A stretch of DNA of 64,000 bases from an uncultured Candidatus Saccharibacteria bacterium (GTDB taxonomy: Bacteria > Patescibacteriota > Minisyncoccia > UBA6257 > JACOXY01). The first letter of the stretch is position 1; every line of letters starts with the position of its first letter. A program made the position numbers and the translations under genes. Positions 28,769 to 38,682 of the stretch are shown piece after piece. The stretch covers positions 7,144-71,143 of the forward strand of contig CAYHMC010000006.1 in NCBI GenBank assembly GCA_964357615.1, in the 5' to 3' direction. A model generated the notes under the pieces. That model saw only the letters and a list, made by a program, of their open reading frames with translations. It did no database searches and had not been told where the DNA came from.

Positions 28769-29074
28769 TTATTGAATAGCTTTGATTAAGAGAGAAAACA
28801 TTCCTACCAAGTACAGAATGCCCAAAATGGCTGTACCCCCGACACCAATATAGTAACCGAATTTAATGACATTCATAACATAAGGATTAGGGGTATTCGA
28901 TAGCACTGCTTTATCGCTACCATAAACCCATCCGCTTTCTCCACAATTTCTGCAAAACCAGAAAGTTCCGCCTCTTATTTGGTTATAACCTCTAATATTT
29001 ACTTTATTATGACAGACATTACATAATTGTTTCTCGTCAAAAGGAGAATTACTTAGCGACATTTTTATCTCCAA
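28769..29074 (-). CDS. zinc-ribbon protein with C-terminal TM helix, unknown function
   Basis: CNVCH...CRNC followed by a hydrophobic C-terminus. A terminator hairpin lies at 28733-28760. Confidence 0.4.
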   Translation of the reverse strand: MEIKMSLSNSPFDEKQLCNVCHNKVNIRGYNQIRGGTFWFCRNCGESGWVYGSDKAVLSNTPNPYVMNVIKFGYYIGVGGTAILGILYLVGMFSLLIKAIQ

Positions 29075-29184
29075 TAAAGCACTCTAAGATGAATATATAT
29101 AAAAAATTAAATAAATGCAATTTTAAAAATAAGTAAAAAATAAAAATACCGCACGAAATATTCGGCGGTCTAAATTTAATACTA

Positions 29185-29595
29185 CTAATCCTCTGGCATA
29201 CCAATCCAATCACAAAACTTTTCTTCTCCACCACGAACAGACCAATCTGAGTCAATTGTAATTCTAGAACTAAGTCCACCACGCGGCAAAAATTCCATTA
29301 CTAGACGCAATCTAACTGGCTTATAAGCAGACATTAGGTCGTCATAAATAACATTAATCAACCTTTCGTAAGAAATTATTTTATTTCTAAATTGATAAAA
29401 ATATAACTTAAGAGACTTAAGCTCTATCACTAAATCACTTGGATACATTGTAATAAAAATTGTTGCAAAATCAGGCTGATTAGATGCTCCAAGAAAAGTA
29501 ATTTCAGGATTTTTTATTTTAACCTCAAAACCTTTTCCGGTAGGATTTTTAATTGCTTTTAAAATGAGTGGATTGCTCCAGACCATTTCACTCAT
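29185..29595 (-). CDS. queF: NADPH-dependent 7-cyano-7-deazaguanine reductase
   Basis: 136 aa single-domain QueF (E.KSLKLYF..FR motif, T-fold). Confidence 0.7.
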   Translation of the reverse strand: MSEMVWSNPLILKAIKNPTGKGFEVKIKNPEITFLGASNQPDFATIFITMYPSDLVIELKSLKLYFYQFRNKIISYERLINVIYDDLMSAYKPVRLRLVMEFLPRGGLSSRITIDSDWSVRGGEEKFCDWIGMPED

Positions 29596-29666
29596 TGTTT
29601 AATCTCCAAAAACAATTTACTACAAGCAAAATAACAACATTTAAAAAACTAAGCAAGCTCAATGAA

Positions 29667-30308
29667 CTATTTCGTGAATTTAAGAGTAGTAAACATCTGC
29701 TCTACAAAGGATTCGTAACTTGGAGAATTGTACCAGTTAATATTCCACCAAATAGTAGATTTTCCATCTTTGCGGATTGTTACAATCCTACCAAACTCAC
29801 CATTTCCAAACACCAATTTATAAGCTAGTGGGTTGTCAGAAATTTTTATCTTTTCTTTTAGTAAATAAGTTTTGCCAGTTCTTATGTCCATATAATCATT
29901 AACTTGGTCAATAAATTCTAGCGGTGTACCGGCAATTTGTTGTTCTGCTACATCAAAACTAATTGATTCTTCTGCGTTCTGATTCTTATCAAACTTAGTG
30001 CCATCTTTCACAAAAACTAAGTTTAAAATTGATTCATATCTCCCAACTAATTCTTGATGAAGCGAAAAATTCAACGGATATTTAAATTCAATACCAACTT
30101 TTTCATTTCTATATGTTTTCCAGTCATTAGTAGCTGTTCCCAAAACAGACTCTTCTGCTGGTGTTGGAGTTGGAATTATTTTAGGAAGTGCGTCTTGCTT
30201 TTTCATCAACAAAAAATATCCGAGAATTCCAAATAAAATTACTATCGCTGACAATGAAATTATATTTACGGTACCAAGAGTATTTTGAAAGGTATTTTTT
30301 TTATTCAT
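29667..30308 (-). CDS. membrane-anchored secreted protein, unknown function
   Basis: Likely true start MNKKNTFQ with a TM segment. The longer ORF in the track overlaps htpX in another frame. Confidence 0.45.
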   Translation of the reverse strand: MNKKNTFQNTLGTVNIISLSAIVILFGILGYFLLMKKQDALPKIIPTPTPAEESVLGTATNDWKTYRNEKVGIEFKYPLNFSLHQELVGRYESILNLVFVKDGTKFDKNQNAEESISFDVAEQQIAGTPLEFIDQVNDYMDIRTGKTYLLKEKIKISDNPLAYKLVFGNGEFGRIVTIRKDGKSTIWWNINWYNSPSYESFVEQMFTTLKFTK

Positions 30309-30327
30309 ATTTTTGATTTGTATAATT

Positions 30328-31245
30328 TTAATTAGTATCTCGAGATCCCAAAAGTGCCTTAACTCTATCCTGGATTGGTGGGTGAGTTGAAAAAATGCGC
30401 ACAATCCAAGGAGATTCTTTTTTTTCTCTGTGGTCAGCACCAAATGGATTTCCAATAAATAAGTGCGCTGTGGCATTTGATGCAGTTTGCATCGGTTGAC
30501 TATAAGCTCCAATTTTTTGAAGCGCTGATGCAAGGCCTTCTGGATATCTTGTGAGAATTACGCCAGATGCATCAGCTAAATATTCTCGTTTTCTAGATAT
30601 CGCAAGCTGAATTAAAGTTGCAACAATTGGAGCCAAAATTGATAATACAAGTCCAATAACCATAACTAGGCCATTACTATTTCTATTTCTATCTCCCCCG
30701 AAAGATCTAAACATCATATTTCGTGTAAACATATTGGATAGTATGGAAATAAAACCAACGAGCACTACTACAGCGCTAGAAACTAACATATCGCGATTCC
30801 CAATATGAGATAATTCGTGAGCCAAAACCCCTTCGAGCTCAGTCCTATCTAATTTTTCGAGCAAACCAGAAGTAACGCAAACTATGGCGTGTTTCGCATT
30901 TCTACCAGTTGCAAAAGCATTCGGTGCTGGATCATTGATAAGAAAAAATCTTGGCATTGGAAGTCCTGCAGTAATAGACAAATTTTCCAAAACTCTATAA
31001 AGCTCGGGGTTAGATTTTAACTCAACTGGCACGGCTTTGTGCATAGCAAGTACAATTTTATCTGAATACCAATAGCTTGCTATATTCATAACAAAACTAA
31101 AACCAACAGCAAAATATAAAATAACGGGACTATTATAAACTTGCGCGAAAACAAAACCCACAGCCATAACCACACCAAAAAAAATAATCATCAAAAACCA
31201 TGTTTTTCTTATGTTGGAATCTTTGTGTGAATAAATTGATGCCAT
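30328..31245 (-). CDS. htpX: zinc metalloprotease HtpX
   Basis: HELSHI HExxH motif, four TM segments, peptidase M48 layout. Confidence 0.8.
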   Translation of the reverse strand: MASIYSHKDSNIRKTWFLMIIFFGVVMAVGFVFAQVYNSPVILYFAVGFSFVMNIASYWYSDKIVLAMHKAVPVELKSNPELYRVLENLSITAGLPMPRFFLINDPAPNAFATGRNAKHAIVCVTSGLLEKLDRTELEGVLAHELSHIGNRDMLVSSAVVVLVGFISILSNMFTRNMMFRSFGGDRNRNSNGLVMVIGLVLSILAPIVATLIQLAISRKREYLADASGVILTRYPEGLASALQKIGAYSQPMQTASNATAHLFIGNPFGADHREKKESPWIVRIFSTHPPIQDRVKALLGSRDTN

Positions 31246-31325
31246 AAACTTTTTAATAATTTTTATAAAATTTTCGGGTTATTTTAAAAACCTTATCTTA
31301 TATAATTTAATTTTTAAACTAACTA

Positions 31326-31883
31326 CTAAAAAGATACTTCAACTGGCTCTCTTTCTTCGTCACTCGTAACTTCAAAAAACTTTTCCTCGTGAAAGTTAAA
31401 AGCGCCAGCAACAATATTATTTGGAAAACTTTGAATGCTTGTGTTTAGATCTTGAACTGTGGAATTATAAAATCTTCGCGATGCCATTATTTTATTTTCA
31501 GTATCTGAAAGTTCGCGCTGTAATTCCAAAAAATTAGTATTGGCTTTTAAGTCTGGATAATTTTCCGAAACAGCAAAAAGTGTTTTAAGCGTGCCTGAGA
31601 GCATATTTTCTTGTTTAGCTTTCTCAAGTGGATTACCAGTTGTATCCATTGCACTTGTGCGAGCTTTTGTCACATTTTCAAGAACATCCTTTTCGTGCGA
31701 CATATAACCCTTAACGGTTTCTACTAAATTAGGTATGAGGTCATACCGTCTCTTTGTTTGAACATCAATATCAGAAAGTGCCTCTTTTGCACGATTGCGC
31801 ATTAGTATCAATCTATTATAAATTGCAATTAACCAAAGCGCAGATGCTACTATAACTAATGCAAAAATATATAATGGGGTCAT
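31326..31883 (-). CDS. lemA: LemA family protein
   Basis: N-terminal TM segment plus the conserved LemA core (RRYDLIPNLVETVKGY). Confidence 0.8.
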   Translation of the reverse strand: MTPLYIFALVIVASALWLIAIYNRLILMRNRAKEALSDIDVQTKRRYDLIPNLVETVKGYMSHEKDVLENVTKARTSAMDTTGNPLEKAKQENMLSGTLKTLFAVSENYPDLKANTNFLELQRELSDTENKIMASRRFYNSTVQDLNTSIQSFPNNIVAGAFNFHEEKFFEVTSDEEREPVEVSF

Positions 31884-32221
31884 ATTAGATAATATTTTTT
31901 AATTAATGCTAATTCTTCGATTATAGCACATTTTTCAAAACAATCCCAGCACCAAATTCCGAACAAAATTTATGCTAGTGCTAAGATTTACTCACGGAAA
32001 CCGCCTCAACTCCAAGCAATGAACTGAATAAGTTTCGGCTTTGTTCAGCGTAAAACTTTTAATTATTTATAGAATTGGTGCGGGATTCTATTGTTTGCAA
32101 CTCTATTTTGTCGTTTGACTCCAAGGCTGAGGTCGAGCAATTTACCCTCCTAAGTTTTGTAAAAACAAAATTTGGGGAGGGTAAAAAAGCCCTGCAAACG
32201 CAGGGCGAAATATCAATTTAC

Positions 32222-33850
32222 TTATCCAATTAAACCTAAAGCAGCTAACTTACTTTGATTCACTCGCTCAGCAGCAAGTCTAGCAAGTTCTGGGTCTTCT
32301 CCCATATTTACAAATTTCATTGCTGAACCCAAACGCGGGTGAACCTTACATAGGACATTATGCATTTCTTGAACAATCTTTCTGTATCCAGGATGTCCCT
32401 GTGGACCAGTACGAAGCTCGTGAATATGAAAGGCCTCTCTGGCATTTTCAATGAAAGTGTAAGGCAATTTATGTCCAAGCAAAGTTACATATTGAGCTTC
32501 TTCAGCAAGGCCAAGCGCCAAAAATTTATTAAATAATGATTCTGAAATTTCAAAACACTTTCTAAACTGTGATTCCAATCCTGCCTCAACGATAAGCTCT
32601 GGCACCTCATATCCATACATCGTAGTAAGGTTAGGCCACTCAAAAGCACTAACAAGTCTATGGCGTTGTAAATCTCTAAAAGTTCCGTAATCTCCAATTA
32701 TCTCCCATTCATAAGTAGCGGCCTCAAGCGCGCGTCCTGGCTTATGGCGTCTATTTAAGCGATTACCAATATAGGTGTGGAAAATTTGCTCTTTGAAATC
32801 TCTGGGCCAAATATTTGATTGTCTTTCTAGCTCTCTTAAAGTAATCGGAGCAACTGTTCTGCCGATTCCCTCAAAAAACATTCTTGGGGCAAGACTAAGT
32901 TCATCTTCTGGTCCATATTTAAGCAAGGTAACAGCAGGATAACTTACATCGCTAAATCCATCGCCTATAATATACAAACCAGCAATTTCTTTTAAGGCTC
33001 CCATGGTTTCAGTTCTATATAGAACCTTTGCCAATCCTCTATCTGGCATATCAGCTCGCTTTAAAAATGAACCGACAACTTTTCTAGATTCTAACAAAAC
33101 TTTTTTTCCGGTATCCTGACATTCATTAAGTGGCTCGGAAAGCAAAAACAAAATCATCTCTTCGATTGATTGAGCACTACCAACAATACCAACGGTAGAT
33201 TTAGTTGCGACAGGTAAAACTGGACGAACAGCATCACAAGCCTGTGCCTTTGTAGCAGCAAGCCAAGCAGAACGTTCAATTTTATTCTCTGGCTCTTTTA
33301 TCTTCTTTCTAAGATAATCTGTGAGATTACGAACCATATGAGAATAGAGATTGAAGATTGCATCAATATCCTTGCGATATTCCAAAAGTAAAGATTCTGG
33401 AAGATTGGGCACATAATAAGGATAATTTCCATTTGCGTCTCGCTTATCAAAGAAAATATATCTAGTTGATTGCTCTAGATAATTTCTAAGGCGTCCACGC
33501 TCTAATTTTTTAGTTAAAAGATTTGAAGCTCCCTCAACGACCAATGCGACATTAATTAACTGAGAAACTGAGTCATCTCCATACCCGACGACAACTCTAT
33601 CAATTAGAGCATCTGCACTTTCTGTGCCACTTATGGCAAACTCATCAAGATAAATCTCACGGAGGTCACTTCCTCTACGCGAAAGTCTTGCCATTGCCGC
33701 TGCAGCAAGAAGCGGATTTGCTTCACTTTTAAACGCATAAACATTGCTTTCTGTATTTGTAATAACCGAATCCAAAAATATCTTTCCATCTTCTGTAATG
33801 ACGATTTGATCTCCATCTCTTCTAATATATGGGTTTTCTGCTTTTGCCAT
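32222..33850 (-). CDS. ThyX-like flavin-dependent thymidylate synthase, tandem-domain form
   Basis: 542 aa. The C-terminal half has the RHR...S ThyX signature (DLQRHRLVSAFEWPN). The N-terminal half looks like a degenerate second ThyX-like domain. Confidence 0.45.
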   Translation of the reverse strand: MAKAENPYIRRDGDQIVITEDGKIFLDSVITNTESNVYAFKSEANPLLAAAAMARLSRRGSDLREIYLDEFAISGTESADALIDRVVVGYGDDSVSQLINVALVVEGASNLLTKKLERGRLRNYLEQSTRYIFFDKRDANGNYPYYVPNLPESLLLEYRKDIDAIFNLYSHMVRNLTDYLRKKIKEPENKIERSAWLAATKAQACDAVRPVLPVATKSTVGIVGSAQSIEEMILFLLSEPLNECQDTGKKVLLESRKVVGSFLKRADMPDRGLAKVLYRTETMGALKEIAGLYIIGDGFSDVSYPAVTLLKYGPEDELSLAPRMFFEGIGRTVAPITLRELERQSNIWPRDFKEQIFHTYIGNRLNRRHKPGRALEAATYEWEIIGDYGTFRDLQRHRLVSAFEWPNLTTMYGYEVPELIVEAGLESQFRKCFEISESLFNKFLALGLAEEAQYVTLLGHKLPYTFIENAREAFHIHELRTGPQGHPGYRKIVQEMHNVLCKVHPRLGSAMKFVNMGEDPELARLAAERVNQSKLAALGLIG

Positions 33851-33978
33851 TCACTATTCTCCTCTTTATTTGGAACTGCGTAAATAATAAACAAAAAGAA
33901 ATTTTAAGTAAAGGATAAAAGTTTGACTTCAGAATTAAAGTTGATATTATCTGATAAGCATATTCTGGAGAGGACACA

Positions 33979-34458
33979 ATGAGCAAAAGCTTGAAACGAC
34001 GCCTTATTGAATGCATAGAAAATTCTGTTCCGATTAAAATCAGAGCCGACAACAAATCTTCATTAAGAAACTTAATCAATAGACAAGGGTTTGATGAAAT
34101 AGATCCATTTTTTCTAAATTTGAAACATAAATTAGAATCATCGAAAAGATCAAAAATCTATCTACTTCCCACCACTCCATTGGGTCATAACTATGATACC
34201 GTAAGTACGAACATTGATTCCTTACGAGAAGAATTTCCAAAAATTCGTGGAGCAGATTTACGAGAGACGATTACTCTTCTTGCATCAACCAACCTAAATC
34301 TTAGATTTCCCATAGTTGCTGTTGGTTCATTCGATAACTTAAGTCCAGACCCACAATTTCCCATGATTGGTGAAAGTCATAAAATAGGCACCTATTTAAA
34401 GCTTATTCATGGAACTGGTTTTGTGGGTTGTCACATTGCTCTTTCAATTCCGTATTAA
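33979..34458 (+). CDS. hypothetical protein
   Basis: 159-aa ORF followed immediately by a palindromic terminator. Confidence 0.4.
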   Translation: MSKSLKRRLIECIENSVPIKIRADNKSSLRNLINRQGFDEIDPFFLNLKHKLESSKRSKIYLLPTTPLGHNYDTVSTNIDSLREEFPKIRGADLRETITLLASTNLNLRFPIVAVGSFDNLSPDPQFPMIGESHKIGTYLKLIHGTGFVGCHIALSIPY

Positions 34459-34490
34459 AAAAATCTACTATTTAAAGTAGATTTTTTATT
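34457..34490. terminator. palindromic bidirectional terminator AAAAAAATCTACTATTTAAAGTAGATTTTTTATT (copy 1 of 2)
   Basis: An 11-bp A/T-flanked stem. A nearly identical copy lies at 35337-35369. Confidence 0.6.
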
Positions 34491-34518
34491 AGAATTTCAG
34501 TCATCGAAAGTTCAGTTG

Positions 34519-35262
34519 TTAAAAATCGCAAACTGAAATCATAAAACCATAACTACTTAAACCCTTCGAATAAGATAGCTTACTCGCATAAAAGGCCCCA
34601 GAAGCTTCTCCGGGTTTGTCGTCCGAGATAGTTAAACCATACCAATTGTTAATTAATTTAGTTTCAACAGAATCTCCATTGATTCCGGTTTTATTACCTG
34701 CAGCAAAATACCATGCTTCATTACTACTTTGCTGACGATAAATTATTGGATATTCACGAAATGAGTCAATGCCTCCTAATTGTGTAGTTGAAAATCTTAC
34801 CACTTTTATTGTACAACCAGACATATCACTGCATATATTTTGCCCATCATTACTTTTAATTAAAGAAATATCTCCATAACCATTTCCTCCACCGCCAGTG
34901 CCGATAACAACATTACTACACGCCGCTTGTTCTGGAGTTAAAGTACCGGCCGGCCACAATTGCGAACGACAATCATTGTTAATACAAAATGAACTGGCTT
35001 TAATTTGTCCTACAAAACTCAAATTTTCTATATTAGAACTATCTTTGTAATATGTAAGGTTCGTTAATCCACCTAAAGTGGTTGACCCCGTCCAAAAAGC
35101 TGCCTGTCCAGATACGCCACCACCATAAATAGGCTTGTTTTGACCACCAGTACTAATTAGAGTGAGAAAATTTACCGGATTTCCAAAATATAAAGCCATC
35201 AAACCAACAAGAGCCACTCCCACAATTGCTATTATGATTGTTAAGTTTTTAGTATGGGCCAT
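34519..35262 (-). CDS. secreted/membrane-anchored protein, unknown function
   Basis: 247 aa with an N-terminal TM segment, Gly-rich. Confidence 0.45.
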   Translation of the reverse strand: MAHTKNLTIIIAIVGVALVGLMALYFGNPVNFLTLISTGGQNKPIYGGGVSGQAAFWTGSTTLGGLTNLTYYKDSSNIENLSFVGQIKASSFCINNDCRSQLWPAGTLTPEQAACSNVVIGTGGGGNGYGDISLIKSNDGQNICSDMSGCTIKVVRFSTTQLGGIDSFREYPIIYRQQSSNEAWYFAAGNKTGINGDSVETKLINNWYGLTISDDKPGEASGAFYASKLSYSKGLSSYGFMISVCDF

Positions 35263-35336
35263 TTATTAAATAAAATTTAATATTAATAATTTAATAATAG
35301 CATATAAATCTCTCTCTATTGTGGATAACTTATATC

Positions 35337-35369
35337 AAAAAATCTACTATTTAAAGTAGATTTTTTATT
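35337..35369. terminator. palindromic bidirectional terminator (copy 2 of 2), downstream of groEL
   Basis: Same 33-bp sequence as 34457-34490. Confidence 0.6.
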
Positions 35370-35559
35370 TGTAAAATTATTAGGAGAAAATTTTACATCA
35401 TACCGCCTCCCTTACCTTTTGCTTTTATAATTTTTTTAACAATTAATTTTGTGCGCGAAACGCCTTCGGCTTTATTTTGTGGCTTTCTACGTCAGTGCAG
35501 CAAAAAATTAGGGACTTCGTTCGTCCACCAATTGGTGGCCACACTGCGCATTACAACAA

Positions 35560-37233
35560 TCACATCAAGCCACCTCCCAATCCCCCCAAACCACCCGGCA
35601 AACCACCACCCCCTGGCTCATCTTTCTTTGGAATTTCAGTTACCGCTACACCAATTGTTAGATAATTAGATGCAACGGAAACAGAGTTTACTAATGCAGT
35701 TTTTACAACCTTTAGCGGATCAATGATTCCTGCTTCTTTAAGGTCTCCGGTTTTATTTGTTCTAGCATTAAATCCTATCCACTCGGCTTTCTTTTTATCT
35801 TTGACTTCGCTCTTTTCCTTTTTGATTTTTTCGATTACAGATTCTGGCCTCTCGCCACTATTTTCTATTATTGACATTAAAGGCACTATCATTGCTTTTG
35901 ATAAAATAATTTGTGCAGCTTTTAAAACATCCACATCGCCCTCATCAGATATCGTAGAGGTACTTATTGCATTGAATAAAGCAATTCCTCCACCTGGAAC
36001 TATTCCCTCTTCCATAGCTGCACGAGTTGCCGCAACTGCATCCTCCACTCTTTGCTTTAACTCTTTTTGAGTAGACTCGGTTGGAGCGCCAACTTTAATA
36101 ACTGCAACTCCCCCTGCAAGCTTACCTAATCGCTCTTGAAGTTTTTCTTTATCAAATTCAGAATCGGATTTTTGAATTTGAGATTTAATTTGTTTGATAC
36201 GATTATCTATTTCCGCCCTATTTCCTTTTCCACCAACGAGAGTTGTATTGTCTTTATTTGAAACAACTCTACCAACATGACCGAGGTCAGCAATATCTGC
36301 TGAAGTAAGCTTTCTACCAAGGTCGCTTGAAATCACTTTCGCTCCAGTTACGATTGCTAAGTCTTCCAACATTTCTTTTTTGCGATCACCAAACCCAGGG
36401 GCTTTAACAGCTAAAATGTTAAACACGCCACGCAATTTATTTACAATCAAAGTAGCAAGTGCTTCTCCGTCTATTTCATCAGCAATTATTACCATTTCCT
36501 TTTTACCACCTTGGACAACTTTTTCAAGCAAAGGAAGTAATTCTTGAATTGAAGATATTTTCTGGTCTGTAACCAAAACATAAGGATCCTCTAGAGAAGC
36601 TTCCATTCTCTCCTGATTTGTAATCATATATGGAGAAATGTACCCTCTATCAAACTGCATACCTTCGACTATCTCAAATGTATTAGAAATGGTATTAGAA
36701 TCTTCAATTGTAACCACTCCATCAGCACCAACTTTATCCATAACATCGGCTATTAATTTGCCAATTTCTTTGTCTTTTGCAGAAAGCGTGGCAACTTCTT
36801 CGATTCTTTTATTATCATTAATAGGCTCACTTTGTTTTTCAAGAGCCTTTATAACTTCTTTGATTTGATTTTTTAACTCTTCAGCAAGCTGAATAACATT
36901 AAAACCCTTGCTTGAAATAGCCTTTTCACCTTCTTCTATAATAGCGTGAGTTAAAACAACTGATGTAGTTGTACCATCTCCTACATTATCATTGGTTTTA
37001 TCTGCCGCTTGTTTAATTAATTCGGCTCCAAGGTTTTCAAATTTATCCTCGAGTTCAATTTCTTTTGCAACCGTAACACCATCAAAAGTTACTTGTGGTG
37101 CACCATATCCTTTTTCTATAACAGCGGCGCGTCCTCTTGGACCCAAAGTCATTCTTACTGCTCCCGCCAATTTATCTATTCCCTTTTTTAAAGCTTGTCT
37201 AGCTTCTTCATTAAATAATATTTGTTTTGCCAT
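35560..37233 (-). CDS. groL: chaperonin GroEL
   Basis: 557 aa with a GroEL signature and a GGM-like Gly-rich C-terminus. Confidence 0.9.
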   Translation of the reverse strand: MAKQILFNEEARQALKKGIDKLAGAVRMTLGPRGRAAVIEKGYGAPQVTFDGVTVAKEIELEDKFENLGAELIKQAADKTNDNVGDGTTTSVVLTHAIIEEGEKAISSKGFNVIQLAEELKNQIKEVIKALEKQSEPINDNKRIEEVATLSAKDKEIGKLIADVMDKVGADGVVTIEDSNTISNTFEIVEGMQFDRGYISPYMITNQERMEASLEDPYVLVTDQKISSIQELLPLLEKVVQGGKKEMVIIADEIDGEALATLIVNKLRGVFNILAVKAPGFGDRKKEMLEDLAIVTGAKVISSDLGRKLTSADIADLGHVGRVVSNKDNTTLVGGKGNRAEIDNRIKQIKSQIQKSDSEFDKEKLQERLGKLAGGVAVIKVGAPTESTQKELKQRVEDAVAATRAAMEEGIVPGGGIALFNAISTSTISDEGDVDVLKAAQIILSKAMIVPLMSIIENSGERPESVIEKIKKEKSEVKDKKKAEWIGFNARTNKTGDLKEAGIIDPLKVVKTALVNSVSVASNYLTIGVAVTEIPKKDEPGGGGLPGGLGGLGGGLM

Positions 37234-37245
37234 AGTGTTTATTTT

Positions 37246-37536
37246 TTATTCTATAATAGCTAATATGTCGTCCTCGTCTCCGACTAAGTATTTCTTTCCA
37301 TCTACTTCTATTTCATCAGGACCATATTTTTTAAATAATACTTTGTCGCCGACCTTGACTGACATTGCTACTCTCTCTCCTTTTTCATTTAACTTTCCAG
37401 GGCCTACTGCTGTAACTTTCCCTTGCTGTGGCTTTTCTTTATCTGCTGTGTCAGGAATTATTATTCCCGACTTAGTTGTTTTATCTTCAACAACTGCTTC
37501 TATGAATAAATGGTTTGATAATGGTTTAAAATTCAT
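37246..37536 (-). CDS. groS: co-chaperonin GroES
   Basis: 96 aa Cpn10. Confidence 0.9.
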   Translation of the reverse strand: MNFKPLSNHLFIEAVVEDKTTKSGIIIPDTADKEKPQQGKVTAVGPGKLNEKGERVAMSVKVGDKVLFKKYGPDEIEVDGKKYLVGDEDDILAIIE

Positions 37537-37597
37537 TATTTTTTATAATTATTTATATTTTAATTTTTGGCACTCCCGACGTGACCCTTAAATTATT

Positions 37598-37624
37598 TTG
37601 GCACTGTAGGGTCTAGAGTGCTAA
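37598..37624. promoter_or_regulatory. CIRCE operator (HrcA binding site) TTGGCACTG-N9-GAGTGCTAA upstream of groES-groEL
   Basis: Matches the CIRCE consensus TTAGCACTC-N9-GAGTGCTAA. An extra half-site TTGGCACTC lies at 37568-37576. Confidence 0.8.
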
Positions 37625-37728
37625 TAGGCATAAGTTTAGTGTAGTAATCAACTTGAGTCAAGTACAATAAAAAAGAGGGTTTTGCCCTCAGTTATAAATT
37701 CATAATATCAATATGATTAAATAACTAT

Positions 37729-38067
37729 TTAGTCTGAATCACCCATTTCCCCTATTGAATCAAGCTTTATTTCTGGAGTACCTTTTGCCGGAATTGCAGA
37801 GCCATTTTCCGCCAGAAGATAATAAGTGCCATCATCAAATTTAATAGCGTAGCGGTCTTGAACCCTACCATTAGAACCCATTGGACCAATTCTATTAGTG
37901 CCAAGCTCCGCATCAGCACGAGTAAGATAATATGCGTAGTCAATCGGACTACCAAAATTCCAACTATTAAGATCGGTATTGCTTACAGCAGCATAAATCT
38001 TTACAACTCTAGCATTCCCATATTTCCCGATTGGAATGTCAGCTTCAGCGCTCATTCTAAACTCCAT
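37729..38067 (-). CDS. hypothetical protein
   Basis: 112-aa ORF with a terminator hairpin (GAGGG-TTTTG-CCCTC) downstream at 37677-37692. Confidence 0.4.
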   Translation of the reverse strand: MEFRMSAEADIPIGKYGNARVVKIYAAVSNTDLNSWNFGSPIDYAYYLTRADAELGTNRIGPMGSNGRVQDRYAIKFDDGTYYLLAENGSAIPAKGTPEIKLDSIGEMGDSD

Positions 38068-38187
38068 TTCAAAACTGCGCTAAATATAACTTATTTTATT
38101 TTTTTAATCAAATAAAAATCTCGATGCGTTACACGCACATCGAGATACAAAAAATAACTACTCTCTGTCTAAAATGGAAATTGAAAC

Positions 38188-38622
38188 CTATTCACGAATA
38201 CCAGCAAAGGCACTGTCTTTGCCCCAAAGTCCACGAGCATGACCAAGACTGATAATCCTCCTGGGATGATGAATTCCGCCATAGAGAACCAACACAAGAT
38301 CTTCATCATCAACTTGAACTGGCTCATGAAGAAATGGCAAACGAAGCCTTAATTGTTCGTCTGGATACTCAGCGCCAAAAGTAAGTGCATCCTCATAAGT
38401 AGGACGGACGAGTTTGCGATGAGCAAACTCAGCGAGCACTTCCTTAGAGTTGGGATCATGATCAAATTCAACGAATTCAATAATTCGAGAGAATGGTGCA
38501 TGCTCTTCAATCGGAAAAAGATCATCATTAATGGGCACGCCACTATAGTCGTATTCTCCGCGCCTCAAAAGCTCGGAAGTCTTAATTCCCAAGCAAACCA
38601 TATTGAAAATTCTCGCTTCCAT
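38188..38622 (-). CDS. hypothetical protein (GC-rich relative to flanks)
   Basis: 144-aa ORF with atypical composition. Confidence 0.4.
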   Translation of the reverse strand: MEARIFNMVCLGIKTSELLRRGEYDYSGVPINDDLFPIEEHAPFSRIIEFVEFDHDPNSKEVLAEFAHRKLVRPTYEDALTFGAEYPDEQLRLRLPFLHEPVQVDDEDLVLVLYGGIHHPRRIISLGHARGLWGKDSAFAGIRE

Positions 38623-38682
38623 CCGTATCCCGCCCTTCTTTTTTGCGCCTCAAGGTAATCTAAATGCAGTTCAAATCATAAA

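Noticed and set aside
29667-30533. Full 288-aa ORF as annotated in the track
   Set aside because: Its first 75 codons overlap the htpX coding region in another frame. An internal Met (MNKKNTFQ) followed by a TM segment gives a non-overlapping gene with normal operon spacing.
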